This document shows, piece by piece, positions 40,806-50,185 of a stretch of 64,000 bases of DNA (positions within the stretch are counted from its first letter, which is position 1; each line of letters opens with the position of its first letter). The position numbers and the translations under genes were made by a program. The notes beneath the pieces are model-generated. The model was not told where the DNA came from and did no database searches. It saw only the letters and a list, made by a program, of their open reading frames with translations. The stretch is taken from contig CAWJQI010000004.1 of the NCBI GenBank assembly GCA_963845085.1, positions 480,001 to 544,000 of the forward strand. Direction: 5' to 3'. Origin of the DNA: Candidatus Fermentibacterota bacterium (lineage in GTDB: Bacteria > Fermentibacterota > Fermentibacteria > Fermentibacterales > JCC-6).

Positions 40806-41729
40806 GAACCACGAGACGGTGCGGGCGAGGCCGTCGGCAAAGGAGACGACGGGGGAGTAACCCAGAACCCTCTCGGCCAGGGAGATGGAGGCGCACGAGT
40901 GAAGGACGTCACCGGGACGGGCCTCGCGATGCGCCGGGGTGATCTCGGGGCGGCCCACGAGGCGGGCGATCTCACAGGCGAGATGGTTCACGGTGACCGA
41001 ACCGTGACAGGCGACGTTGATCACGCGGCCCGGTGCATCAGGTGCGTCCGCGGCAAGAAGGTTTCCGTGAACGACGTTCGCAACGTATGTAAAGTCACGG
41101 CTCTGCTCACCGGAACCGTTGATGAACGGCGCCCTGCCCTCCCTGAACGCCCTTATGAAAAGGGGGATGACCGCCGAGTAGGGGCTGTCGGGGTCCTGGA
41201 ACGGCCCGAAAACGTTGAAATAGCGAAGCGCAACCGTTTCGAGGCCGTAAATCCTGTGGAATACCTGGAAGTAGGCCTCTCCGGCAAGCTTGCTCACCGC
41301 ATAGGGGGAGAGAGGCATCGGGGGGAGGCTCTCGTCCTTGACTTCGCACGGAGCGTTGCCGTAGATCGAAGAGGACGAGGCGAAAACCACCCTGCGCACG
41401 CCTGCATCAACGGCGGCATGCAGCACGTTAAGGGTGCCCCCGACATTCACTTCATTCGAGGTGATCGGATCGGCTATCGAACGGGGAACGGACGGGAGGG
41501 CTCCCTCGTGGAACACGACCTCCACCCCCTTCATCGCCTGCTGGACAATATGGAAGCTGCGGATGTCACCCTCGAGAACCTCGACATCGGAGGCCACATC
41601 CTCAAGGTTTTTCCTGTGCCCCGTGGAAAAGTTGTCGAGCACCCGAACGCTCAGACCCCTGGACAGGAGCTCTCTGACTATGTTGCACCCGATGAAGCCG
41701 GCACCGCCGGTAACGAGATGAATGCCCAT
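40788..41729 (-). CDS. UDP-sugar 4-epimerase, WbpP/GalE-like extended SDR
   Basis: VTGGAGFIG, SVPRS, ASSSSIYG, PYAVSK, RYFNVFGP and SRDFTYV motifs. Confidence 0.9.
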   Translation of the reverse strand: MGIHLVTGGAGFIGCNIVRELLSRGLSVRVLDNFSTGHRKNLEDVASDVEVLEGDIRSFHIVQQAMKGVEVVFHEGALPSVPRSIADPITSNEVNVGGTLNVLHAAVDAGVRRVVFASSSSIYGNAPCEVKDESLPPMPLSPYAVSKLAGEAYFQVFHRIYGLETVALRYFNVFGPFQDPDSPYSAVIPLFIRAFREGRAPFINGSGEQSRDFTYVANVVHGNLLAADAPDAPGRVINVACHGSVTVNHLACEIARLVGRPEITPAHREARPGDVLHSCASISLAERVLGYSPVVSFADGLARTVSWFGDGLR

Positions 41730-41813
41730 TCACTGCCTTTCCATAACCGTTCAGGGTGTCACCGCACAGGGTGGCCCGGAACGGATACCGTCCCCGGTTC
41801 CCTCCAGTGGGGA

Positions 41814-41843
41814 AAACTACGCTCACGGCATTGCAGGTGCAAT
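41814..41843 (-). promoter_or_regulatory. Putative sigma70 promoter for the epimerase, overlapped by a 6-2-6 palindrome
   Basis: Minus strand TTGCAC (41842-41837), 17-nt spacer, TAGTTT (41819-41814). ATTGCA-gg-TGCAAT at 41830-41843. Confidence 0.4.
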
Positions 41844-41908
41844 AGTGCGCGGAGTGTCCTGCAGCGGGCTGTCAGCGAAACGGGGGACGGATGCGACCGC
41901 TCCGGAGC

Positions 41909-44900
41909 TCAGGGGGGCCCGGACGACCCGGAGTCGGAACGCGAAGAAGGGTCGCCCGAAGAACAGGGCACAGCCTCCCTCAGGGAGACAAGTTTCGCCT
42001 CGGTGTCCCAGTGGGGGTGGCGGCGCTGAAGCTCCTCGCCCTCCCTAAGGCACTCCCGCAGAACAGCAGGATCGCCTGAGGCGTTGTACAACTGCCGAAG
42101 GAGATCGAACCGCTCCAGTTCGTCAGTCGCGTCGGCAAGGGCGGCCTGCAGTACGGAAACGGCCTCCCTGCACTTTCCCCGGGCGGCAAGAAGCCTTCCG
42201 CAGCAGCAGGAGTAATACGCCCTGTAATCATCGGGGAACCCCCAGCGCCGGACCTGTTCTATCCCGGCCTCGGCCTCGTCGAGCCTGCCCATGTCCATGA
42301 GGACGTTGCTCATCTCAAGGGCGTAGTCCACGCGGTGCAGTCCGAGACCATGTTCCCTGCAGACCTCGAGCGCCTCTGCAAAAAGCGTGCAGGCCTCCAT
42401 GTGCCGCCCCACCCGGCCGTATGCGCTGGCAAGGTTTCCCAGGGCAATGGAAGCTGTATCGCCCCCGCCGTACTTCCTTGCAAGCTCAACGGCCTTTTCC
42501 AGAAGGCTGAAGGCCTCCGGGGAGGGGTCGTCCTTCTCCATGAGAGAACCGAGGTTGCCGGTGGCCTGAAGCTCGACAAGCCTGCTTCCCGTCAATCTGG
42601 CGAGTTCCATGTGCTCCCTGGTCAAGGCCATCGCATCCTTCATCCTGCCCGGAAGGTACTTGTAGGCCAGTGCCAGATTGCCGACACAAAGCGTTTCCAT
42701 GAGAAGGTTGCCCGTCTCCCTGGCGTAGCTTCGAAGCCTTTTCAGATTCCGCTCGGTGTCTTCAAGGCGGTCCCGCAGCCGCAGCATGCAGCCGCAGGCA
42801 TTGCCAAGCGCCTTGAAGGCAAGCAGTCTCTCTTCGGGAGAACCTGTTCTGAATTCCTCGTAGACGGCAAGCAGGTGGTCCCTGGCTTCGTCGTTCCTCC
42901 CCTCGAGCACAAGGATGCGGCCCCTCAGGTGAAGAACGTCAGGCCTGAGCCCGGGGCTCATCCCCTCAAGCCCGTCAAGGTGCTCCATAGCCTCCCGGGG
43001 CTTGCCCTCGTTTATGGCCAGGTTCGCACGCATCAGGCGGATCACCGCCCGCCGCCGCAGGTCGTCACCGGGCTCGAGTGATGCCCTTTCGATGCACTCC
43101 CGGGCCTTTTCGATGTCGCCGGAGGATGCATGCAGATCGTAGAGCAGCCTGTGGGCGGAAAGCCTGAGAAGAGGATCCGCAGAGAGCTCGAGCACCTTTT
43201 CCATCTGCACAAGACACGAGGCGTTCATTCTCCTTGAAAGCGAATGCTCCCCTGCCTTGATGTACCAGTCCGCAGCCTCCGGACCCTGGTCGGCCAGTTC
43301 CAGGTGGTGGGCGATCACAGCGTACTTCTCCGGTCTGCTTCCCCAAAGGCGCGCCATGCCATCGGCGGCCCTTGCGTGGAGTGGAACCCTTTCGCCATGG
43401 AGCTGAAGCCTGTAGGCGGCCTCCCTCAGAAGGATATGGACAAAGCTGCAGCTTCCGTCAGGTTCAAGCCTCCAGACCCTCTCCCTCACGCCCCTTTCGA
43501 TCAGCTCGTCGGCCTGCGCTGAATGGCAGAGAAAACCGAGTATCTCGCGGTCGAACTCCCTGCCAAGAATGCTGGCCGATAGCACAGACCTGCGAAGCTC
43601 CGGCTCAAGCCGGTCCAGACGGGCCACGAGAAGTGCATGAAGGCTTCCCGGAAAACTGTGCTCGTCCGGGGGGGATTCAGCTGACACAAGCATTCCCGCG
43701 TAGTGCTCCATGAAGAAAGGAATCCCTTCGGTACGCAGATGAAACCACTCCAGGAGGGCATCGGACGGCGCCTGCCCGAGGCTCCATTGGAGGAATGCGC
43801 GGCTTCCCTCCCGGGACAGCGGGGGAAGCTCCAGAATCTCAGGCTCGAGGCCGAGTGCGATGGCGGTGTTTGCCGAATCGGGTCTGGACAGCAGAAGCAC
43901 CGGCGGGCGGTTCTCATCCAACTCGCGGAGTACGGAAGCCAGCACCTTCCTTGAATCGGGGGAGATCCACTGCAGGTCGTCAACGGTGATAACGGTGCGC
44001 CCCAGAAGCGTGTGCCCCCTGATGAAGGCAGCGAGGGCTGCCACGGTGTTTGCAAACCTTCCCTGAGGATCGAGCACCTGATAAAGGGACTTTTCCCACC
44101 CGAGCCCGACGAGCGCCGCAAGGAATGACTCCGCCCTGAGAAGTTCGTCCGCCACCTGCATTGCGGATGGATCTTCAAGCTCCTCGAGACTGCTGATGAA
44201 CCCGTACAGCTTCTCCTTGAAGGCCGGAAGCCCCTCGCGACGGTCCCTGCCGCCCAGCCATTCGCCGAACCATGATGAGAATACATCGGAGCCGGAAACG
44301 GGAAGGCTCCGGCAGCGAAGGTTCATGAAGAACGTGTCGCTCAGGCGCTGTTGCAGCTCTTCCACCAGACGGGTCTTCCCCATGCCGGTGTCGCCGAGAA
44401 GAAGCATCGCCGCGCCAGGCTTCTCCAATGCATTTTCCATCCCGGCAAGGATGCCGTCCCTCTCGATAAGTGGAGGGGTCGAGCCGCGGCTTTCCCTTCT
44501 CTGCTTCCATGGTGAGAGCACCAGTGCGCTGACCACGCTCGAAAAACCCTTGAGCCGGAGCCCGAGTTCCCTTCTCACGCCCATGCGGGAGGAGCCGTTG
44601 AAAACAGGGTCTCCGTAAACGCTGTTCCAGCCGGCCGTGTCGTGCAGCCTCGCGGCAAGGTTCACGGAAGGGCCAAGGACTGTGTACGACTCGAGCATCG
44701 GCGTTCGTATCGTGCCGCTGAAGACCAGCCCGGTGGCTGCCCCGGCCCTTACCCTGCCGGATGCCGAGGCGAACACCCTTCCAAGGAATGCATCCGCCCG
44801 GCCCGGATCATCCTCGCGTGTGACCGGTGCGCCGAAGACAACAAGCATCCGCTGGCCCGAGCCTCCCGCCTGAAGACCGGATACGAAGCCGCCCATCTCT

Positions 44901-45544
44901 CCCGCCGCTGCGAGCACCAGTGACTGGAACTCCCGCGGGCACCATTGTCCGCCCCGGTTCTCCATCGACAGGAAAATGCTTGTCACCTGCCTGAACTCGT
45001 TGACTGCGCCGTCAAGGAAGAGCGTGGGCGGGAGGAACTCGGTACTTGGGATCGGGCCCGACACAATGGGGAACATTTCGGGCATGAAGGGGGCGGATGG
45101 GTTCGCCCCGTCTCCCGCCGCGAGGCTCAGGGCCGATCCCTGAAAGCTGTAGAATGTCCAGGAATCAAGAGGTATCACGTCCCAGACGACCTGTCCAACG
45201 CCGAGGGTCGTCTTCAACGGAAGCGCCGCACAAGGTGACCCGGTCTCTACAAGCAAGCGGGCTTTCGAGGCGTCTGCGCAACCACCGGGGAACACTATGG
45301 TCACTGCATCGCCCGCGAATGAGACGGGGTACCCGCCACTGAGGGAGCACAGGTCAACCACCCCGGACAGGGTTTCGCTCACTTCCCTCGCGAGCTGTTC
45401 CGCCCCCTCTACACCCAGCCCCGCCATCCCCTGAAATCTGTTGGTAAAACCGCAGATATCGGCGGTCAGGGCGGCGCCCGGAAAACTGCCGGTGAGCTCC
45501 CCTCGCGAAATCGCTTCACGGATGATTTCGGGTGCCTGCTTCAA
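41909..45544 (-). CDS. Tandem class III nucleotide cyclase, STAND-type AAA ATPase and TPR protein (sAC-like architecture)
   Basis: ADICGFT, FAGDA and VNLAARL; Walker A GDTGMGKT; Walker B VDDLQW; G.PFF; ARLDRL; C-terminal TPRs. Confidence 0.88.
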   Translation of the reverse strand: MKQAPEIIREAISRGELTGSFPGAALTADICGFTNRFQGMAGLGVEGAEQLAREVSETLSGVVDLCSLSGGYPVSFAGDAVTIVFPGGCADASKARLLVETGSPCAALPLKTTLGVGQVVWDVIPLDSWTFYSFQGSALSLAAGDGANPSAPFMPEMFPIVSGPIPSTEFLPPTLFLDGAVNEFRQVTSIFLSMENRGGQWCPREFQSLVLAAAGEMGGFVSGLQAGGSGQRMLVVFGAPVTREDDPGRADAFLGRVFASASGRVRAGAATGLVFSGTIRTPMLESYTVLGPSVNLAARLHDTAGWNSVYGDPVFNGSSRMGVRRELGLRLKGFSSVVSALVLSPWKQRRESRGSTPPLIERDGILAGMENALEKPGAAMLLLGDTGMGKTRLVEELQQRLSDTFFMNLRCRSLPVSGSDVFSSWFGEWLGGRDRREGLPAFKEKLYGFISSLEELEDPSAMQVADELLRAESFLAALVGLGWEKSLYQVLDPQGRFANTVAALAAFIRGHTLLGRTVITVDDLQWISPDSRKVLASVLRELDENRPPVLLLSRPDSANTAIALGLEPEILELPPLSREGSRAFLQWSLGQAPSDALLEWFHLRTEGIPFFMEHYAGMLVSAESPPDEHSFPGSLHALLVARLDRLEPELRRSVLSASILGREFDREILGFLCHSAQADELIERGVRERVWRLEPDGSCSFVHILLREAAYRLQLHGERVPLHARAADGMARLWGSRPEKYAVIAHHLELADQGPEAADWYIKAGEHSLSRRMNASCLVQMEKVLELSADPLLRLSAHRLLYDLHASSGDIEKARECIERASLEPGDDLRRRAVIRLMRANLAINEGKPREAMEHLDGLEGMSPGLRPDVLHLRGRILVLEGRNDEARDHLLAVYEEFRTGSPEERLLAFKALGNACGCMLRLRDRLEDTERNLKRLRSYARETGNLLMETLCVGNLALAYKYLPGRMKDAMALTREHMELARLTGSRLVELQATGNLGSLMEKDDPSPEAFSLLEKAVELARKYGGGDTASIALGNLASAYGRVGRHMEACTLFAEALEVCREHGLGLHRVDYALEMSNVLMDMGRLDEAEAGIEQVRRWGFPDDYRAYYSCCCGRLLAARGKCREAVSVLQAALADATDELERFDLLRQLYNASGDPAVLRECLREGEELQRRHPHWDTEAKLVSLREAVPCSSGDPSSRSDSGSSGPP

Positions 45545-45624
45545 CGAATCCCTTTCCGGATGAGCCTGCAGGAGGGAAAGTATAAAAGCCCCGAGGGAAA
45601 AGCAATCGCAGCCGTTGAAGCGGG

Positions 45625-45650
45625 AGCGGGCCGGAGAAACCCGGCCCGCT
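45625..45650 (-). terminator. GC-rich hairpin just downstream of the BNR gene stop
   Basis: 10-bp stem agcgggccgg/ccggcccgct with a 6-nt loop. No clear U-tract. Confidence 0.5.
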
Positions 45651-45658
45651 GCAAAGAA

Positions 45659-47850
45659 CTACCTGGTCACCACCATCCGGGCGACGGAGGTGGAACCCTC
45701 ATGCGCAAGACGGGCGAAGTAGACACCCGGAGCGAGTGCTTCCGTGGAGAAGGACAGGGTGTGGCTGCCCTCGGAGAGAACCTGCTCCGCAACTTGTATA
45801 ACCAGCCTGCCCGCAATGTCGAACACCGAAAGACGGGTCATCCCCGTCGAGGGAATTTCGAAACTCACTGACGCCGCGCCACCGGAAACGGGATTCGGAT
45901 GTACCGCGAGCGAGAAACCGGACAGGGCCGCCGAGGAAGCGCCCTCGGTGCCCGTGCCGTAGTAGCTCCTCCATACCGAACCGGCGGGTGTGCCCGCATA
46001 AAGGTACAGGCTGGGCGAATCGAGAACGTTCGTGATGGATGCGGGGGTGGCGGAGATCTGGACAGGTGTGCCCGACCAGTTCTCCCACTTCCATGTGCCC
46101 TGTGCAGAAGTGCCCACCACAAGGCTCGCGCCATCGCTCGATACCGCGGCATCAACTGACGAGCCGAAGGCGGTCGTTACCCTGGTCCAGGTGGAGCCGC
46201 CGTTGGTCGATGAGTACAGGCCGGAAGAGGAGGCCGCGGCGAGGTGAGATCCGTTGTCAGGGTTCACAAGAAGCCTGAACGGCGTTCCCGACCATCCCGA
46301 TGCGGCAACGCTCTGCCAGGTGGCGCCGCCGTCTTCGGTGGAGTAGACCTTCCAGGCGCTGCTTTCGTACGCGATGACGAACACCCTGTCACTGTCGGTC
46401 GGATCGACCGCGATCGCCCTGGCGTACCGGTAGTCGGTACCCGAGGAGAGGATGTGGCGGGTCCATGATGCCCCGTTGTTGTCCGTCAGGGAGACCGTCA
46501 CCTCGTAGTTCGGAGCGGTGTACTTGTAGCCGGTGTACCAGTAGGTGCCGCCACCTCCGAAGACGAGGTCGTAACCGCTGCCATAGTAATTGTCGACCGT
46601 TGTCCAGACGGAACCTCCGTCTGTGCTCGCATAGAGCTCCACTCCGCCTCAACCACTTCCTTCAAGGCCCAGGATCACGTTCGAACCATCGGTTGCCAGC
46701 CGAACGAAATCACCGCAAGTGGACGGCCTGCTCATGAACTGCCAGCTGCCGGCGGCGCTGTCTTCCATCCTGTAAAGCCCCTGGCTCGCCATGTTCACCC
46801 AGATGTACCCGTTGCTGCGGGCCATCGAGATCACGTTGCCTATGACGAGCCCCGAGTTGCTGGCCGTCCAGGAGGCCCCGCCGGTGGTGCTGCGGAAAAA
46901 ACCTGCGGTTGTGCCGGTATAGGCCAGGGAGACGTCCTCATGGTCGGGCACTATCCACTTGCAGTTGGTTCCGGTTATCCCTGTTGACACCGTGCTCCAG
47001 GAAGCTCCCGCGTTCGTGCTTCGATACGTGTAGCCAAGGCCCGCTCCGAGGGCGAGGTTGTTGTCGACCGGGCTGAAAGTGAGCCCGTAGTTGTAATACT
47101 GGGTGATGCTCGTCCAGCTGGAGCCGCCGTTGGTGCTCCGGTAAAGGGCAAGGTAGGCCCCGGCGAGAATGATGGCGGGGTTGGCCGGGTGAAAGGCGAG
47201 CCCCTCAAAATAATAGTCGTCCGAAGCCCCAGCGGGAGTAACATCGGAAAATGTCGCCCCGCCGTCGGTCGAACTGAAGAGCTGGGCCACCGTCGTGGTC
47301 GTGGACTTGTATCCCCCGATCAGGATGCGGTCAGGCTCCGAGTGTGACACTGCGATGCTTCTGCCGTAGGAGTGCAGCCCGGCCTCACCAACGTAGGTGC
47401 CTGTCCAGTTGGCCCCTCCGTCGGTGCTCCTGAAAAAGGTCATTCTCCAGTAGCTTCCGTCGTACTTGTAACCGGCAGCGTAAACCGTGGCGCCGTTGGT
47501 GGGGTGAACCGCTCCGAGCATGAACACAGTGTTCGAGAACGATCCCGAAACCCAGGTGAGGCCGCCGTCTGAAGACCTCCAGATCCGGCTGCTGCCCAGG
47601 GCCACCAGTGTGCCGTCGGCGGTTATCACCATGTCGTTGGGAGTTGAGCCGGTAAATGTCGAGATGGCCTCCCATGACAGTCCCCTGTCCTGGGAGCGGA
47701 CCACCACGGTCGGGTTGTAGCCGCTCATCCCGTAAATGATGTCGGCGTCAAGCGGAGACTGTACGATGGCCTTGATCTCTCCCCCTCGGGACCGAGGCTT
47801 TCGAAGGGGCCGTAGCTTGCAAACACGAGCAGAATCAGTGGCAGAACCAT
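45659..47850 (-). CDS. Secreted BNR/Asp-box beta-propeller with T9SS-type CTD; one in-frame TGA (46649-46651, candidate Sec) and one frameshift (47781-47785)
   Basis: ORFs 46649-47728 and 45659-46642 are in the same frame (..EGSG-TGA-GGVELYASTDGG..). The N-terminus MVLPLILLVFASYGPFESLGPEG at 47850 has a GGGAG RBS and joins EIKAIVQSP if one G is added. Many S.DGG.TW repeats. CTD has HPNP...FDIAGR...GVYFAR. Confidence 0.8.
46605..46623 (-). promoter_or_regulatory. Candidate bacterial SECIS hairpin
   Basis: mRNA reads CAGACGGA-GGU-UCCGUCUG, a perfect 8-bp stem with a G-leading loop. There are 33 nt between the in-frame UGA and the loop. Confidence 0.6.
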
Positions 47851-47953
47851 CTTTTCTCCCTTCGGAAACTTTTCTTCAAATCGATGTATACAATCCATTG
47901 AAGCAGGGGCGAAAACAAGTCCCTAAAATGGTGCTCGCAAAGCGGAAGAGGCC

Positions 47954-47991
47954 TTGACACTTGACATTCAGTGAAACGAAAGTATCGTTTC
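47954..47991 (+). promoter_or_regulatory. Sigma70-like promoter with overlapping operator-like palindrome
   Basis: TTGACA at 47954 and again at 47961; 16-nt spacer from the second to TATCGT (47983-47988). GAAACGA-N5-TCGTTTC at 47973-47991. Confidence 0.6.
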
Positions 47992-48007
47992 GCGCCCGGA
48001 GGAGCCG

Positions 48008-48142
48008 ATGGTCAGGATAAACTGGAAACATGCCGTCATCGGTCTGGTTCTGGGCGTTCTCATAGCCCTTTTCGTCGCGGGCGAGTTAAACGGAGGGGTG
48101 ATTTCCAATGCTCAGGGTTCGCAGGCGGGAATTGACCGCTAA
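48008..48142 (+). CDS. 44-aa single-TM small protein
   Basis: Below the ORF-track cutoff. MVRINWKHAVIGLVLGVLIALFVAGELNGGVISNAQGSQAGIDR, preceded by a GGAGGAG RBS and the promoter. Confidence 0.6.
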   Translation: MVRINWKHAVIGLVLGVLIALFVAGELNGGVISNAQGSQAGIDR

Positions 48143-48671
48143 GCTCTTTTCATTGTTGGGGGGCCTCACAACAGGCCTTCTAGTCACAATGGCCGTGGTC
48201 ATCCCCATGCCTTCGCAGTCCGTCCAGACCCTTGCGGAAAGGGTCGAGGCCATCCCGAGCTACAAGTTTGAGAACGACAAGTCCGCCTTTGAATCGGAGC
48301 CGACCCAAATCGTCGCCGCACCCGAAACCGGGGCGACCGTTCGGTCCGAGGAGCCTCTACCGGTCACAGCGACACCTCTCACCCCCCTTGCGATCGAAAA
48401 CCCGTTGCCGGACCAGTACGAGAGAAACCTTCTTCTTCAGCAGGAGATCCGTTCACCTGAACCCAGCCCTGCCACCCACCAGCTTGCACAGGCATGGGAA
48501 CCCACATCCACTCAGTTTCACCGTTACCTGCCCGCCGCCCAGTCGGGAAACATCCCCAGAAGGACCGACCCCGGCCAGCCTGGCATTGCCGGCAGAGGCA
48601 CAAGGCACCCGGGGCACCCGGGGCTCCCCGGCAGCCCCTCTCCCGCTGGTTTCGGAAAAGACCTTCGCTGA
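48108..48671 (+). CDS. Membrane-anchored Pro/Glu/Thr-rich hypothetical protein
   Basis: N-terminal TM helix then low-complexity sequence. Start may be TTG 48132; C-terminal frame is uncertain. Confidence 0.45.
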   Translation: MLRVRRRELTAKLFSLLGGLTTGLLVTMAVVIPMPSQSVQTLAERVEAIPSYKFENDKSAFESEPTQIVAAPETGATVRSEEPLPVTATPLTPLAIENPLPDQYERNLLLQQEIRSPEPSPATHQLAQAWEPTSTQFHRYLPAAQSGNIPRRTDPGQPGIAGRGTRHPGHPGLPGSPSPAGFGKDLR

Positions 48672-48804
48672 GGCTCCCCCGGCATCGTCGACCTGACCCT
48701 GTTCTCACCTTTCCGCCATCTGCTCACGGTTCTTTACGACCGGGTGCCGCGCTGCTATCATCCTCGGTAAAATCCATTACCAACCCGGAACGGAGAGGAT
48801 CACG

Positions 48805-49242
48805 GTGAAACCGGCATTATTGCTGACTGCAATGTTGTGCTCTTCGGGCTTGTCGGCACGGGTTCTGGTGTCCGAAAACGCCCCGGCTTCCGATTCAACA
48901 TTCGAGTTCATCAGGGACAACCTGAGGATCGGTCAGGAGGCAGGCGAGGTTATTGAACTTCTCGGCGATGACTACGCCGAGGTGATGTCGATAATGATCG
49001 GTGCCGAAATGTGGCGCTACGACTTTCCGGCTGAACCGGAGTACACTTTCGTGTGCCCTTCGGGAGAGGACTGCGTTGATATTGAAGGGCTGGAGAGCGG
49101 ACGCATGGCCGTGCAGCTGTTCATAACATGGACCGGATCGGGGCTGCTCGACGACTTCACGGTCTACACGGGCGCGGGCAACGGAACCGTGAACGAGTAC
49201 AGGGTCTTTCCCGACGGCTCAGTGAGAAAGACGAAGATCTGA
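48805..49242 (+). CDS. Secreted hypothetical protein
   Basis: GGAGAGG RBS, signal peptide and an acidic globular domain. Confidence 0.7.
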   Translation: MKPALLLTAMLCSSGLSARVLVSENAPASDSTFEFIRDNLRIGQEAGEVIELLGDDYAEVMSIMIGAEMWRYDFPAEPEYTFVCPSGEDCVDIEGLESGRMAVQLFITWTGSGLLDDFTVYTGAGNGTVNEYRVFPDGSVRKTKI

Positions 49243-49306
49243 GACCGGCCTCGAAAGCAATGGCTTTCGGAAAGGCACATCTGCATATTCCAAAACTGGA
49301 GGTTGC

Positions 49307-50185
49307 ATGAAAGGGATCATCCTTGCCGGGGGGAGCGGATCAAGGCTTCACCCCATGACAATCGCCATCAGCAAACAGCTCCTTCCCGTCTATGACAAGC
49401 CGATGATCTATTACCCGCTCAGCATTCTGATGCTCGCAGGCATAAGGGAAATACTCGTGATCTCGACCCCTCATGATCTTCCACTTTTCAGAACGCTTCT
49501 GGGGTCCGGGGAGGATTTCGGGATCACACTCGAGTACGCCGAACAGCCGAAACCGGAAGGGCTCGCCCAGGCTTTTCACATCGGGGAGGATTTCCTCGGG
49601 GGCGGAAGCGCATGCCTCATTCTCGGCGACAACATCTTCTACGGGCAGGGGCTTCCCGCGCTCCTGCAAAACGCGCGGGATGAGGCTGGAAACGGCGGAG
49701 CCATCATTTTCGGCTATCGTGTGGCCGATCCCGAACGCTACGGAGTCGTCGAGTTTGACAGGGACCTTTCCGTCAAGAGCATTGACGAAAAGCCGGCCCA
49801 TCCGAAAAGCAACTTTGCCATCACAGGGCTCTATTTCTATGACAATCAGGTATGCAGGCTGGCCAGGACCATCAAGCCTTCCGCGAGGGGGGAGCTTGAG
49901 ATAACCGCGCTGAACAGCCTGTACCTTGAGCAGCGGCAGCTTTCCTGCAGACTCCTCGGGAGGGGGGTCGCCTGGCTCGACACCGGAACGCCGGACAGCC
50001 TTGCAGAGGCCAGCAACTATTTCATGACGATCGAGAAAAGGCAGGGACTGAAGGTTTCCTGTCTGGAGGAAATAGCCGTCCACATGGGTTATGTGGACAG
50101 GATTGACATGCTGGCCCGCGTAAGGACAAAGCCGGGAAGCTACTATGGATACGTCGAAACGAGATTGAAGGAGGGCGATGCGTAA
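49307..50185 (+). CDS. rfbA: Glucose-1-phosphate thymidylyltransferase
   Basis: [46 protein letters not shown] and WLDTGT motifs. Confidence 0.97.
   Translation: MKGIILAGGSGSRLHPMTIAISKQLLPVYDKPMIYYPLSILMLAGIREILVISTPHDLPLFRTLLGSGEDFGITLEYAEQPKPEGLAQAFHIGEDFLGGGSACLILGDNIFYGQGLPALLQNARDEAGNGGAIIFGYRVADPERYGVVEFDRDLSVKSIDEKPAHPKSNFAITGLYFYDNQVCRLARTIKPSARGELEITALNSLYLEQRQLSCRLLGRGVAWLDTGTPDSLAEASNYFMTIEKRQGLKVSCLEEIAVHMGYVDRIDMLARVRTKPGSYYGYVETRLKEGDA

Noticed and set aside
41788..41890. Outward-facing CCGTCCCC / GGGGACGG octamers resembling the repeat tip
   Set aside because: Similarity stops after 8-9 nt, which is compatible with chance in GC-rich DNA.
46649..46651. Genome-wide UGA reassignment (code 4 or 25) as the explanation for the in-frame TGA
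   Set aside because: Many conserved genes in the window end at TGA at their expected lengths, often in ATGA or GTGA overlaps.
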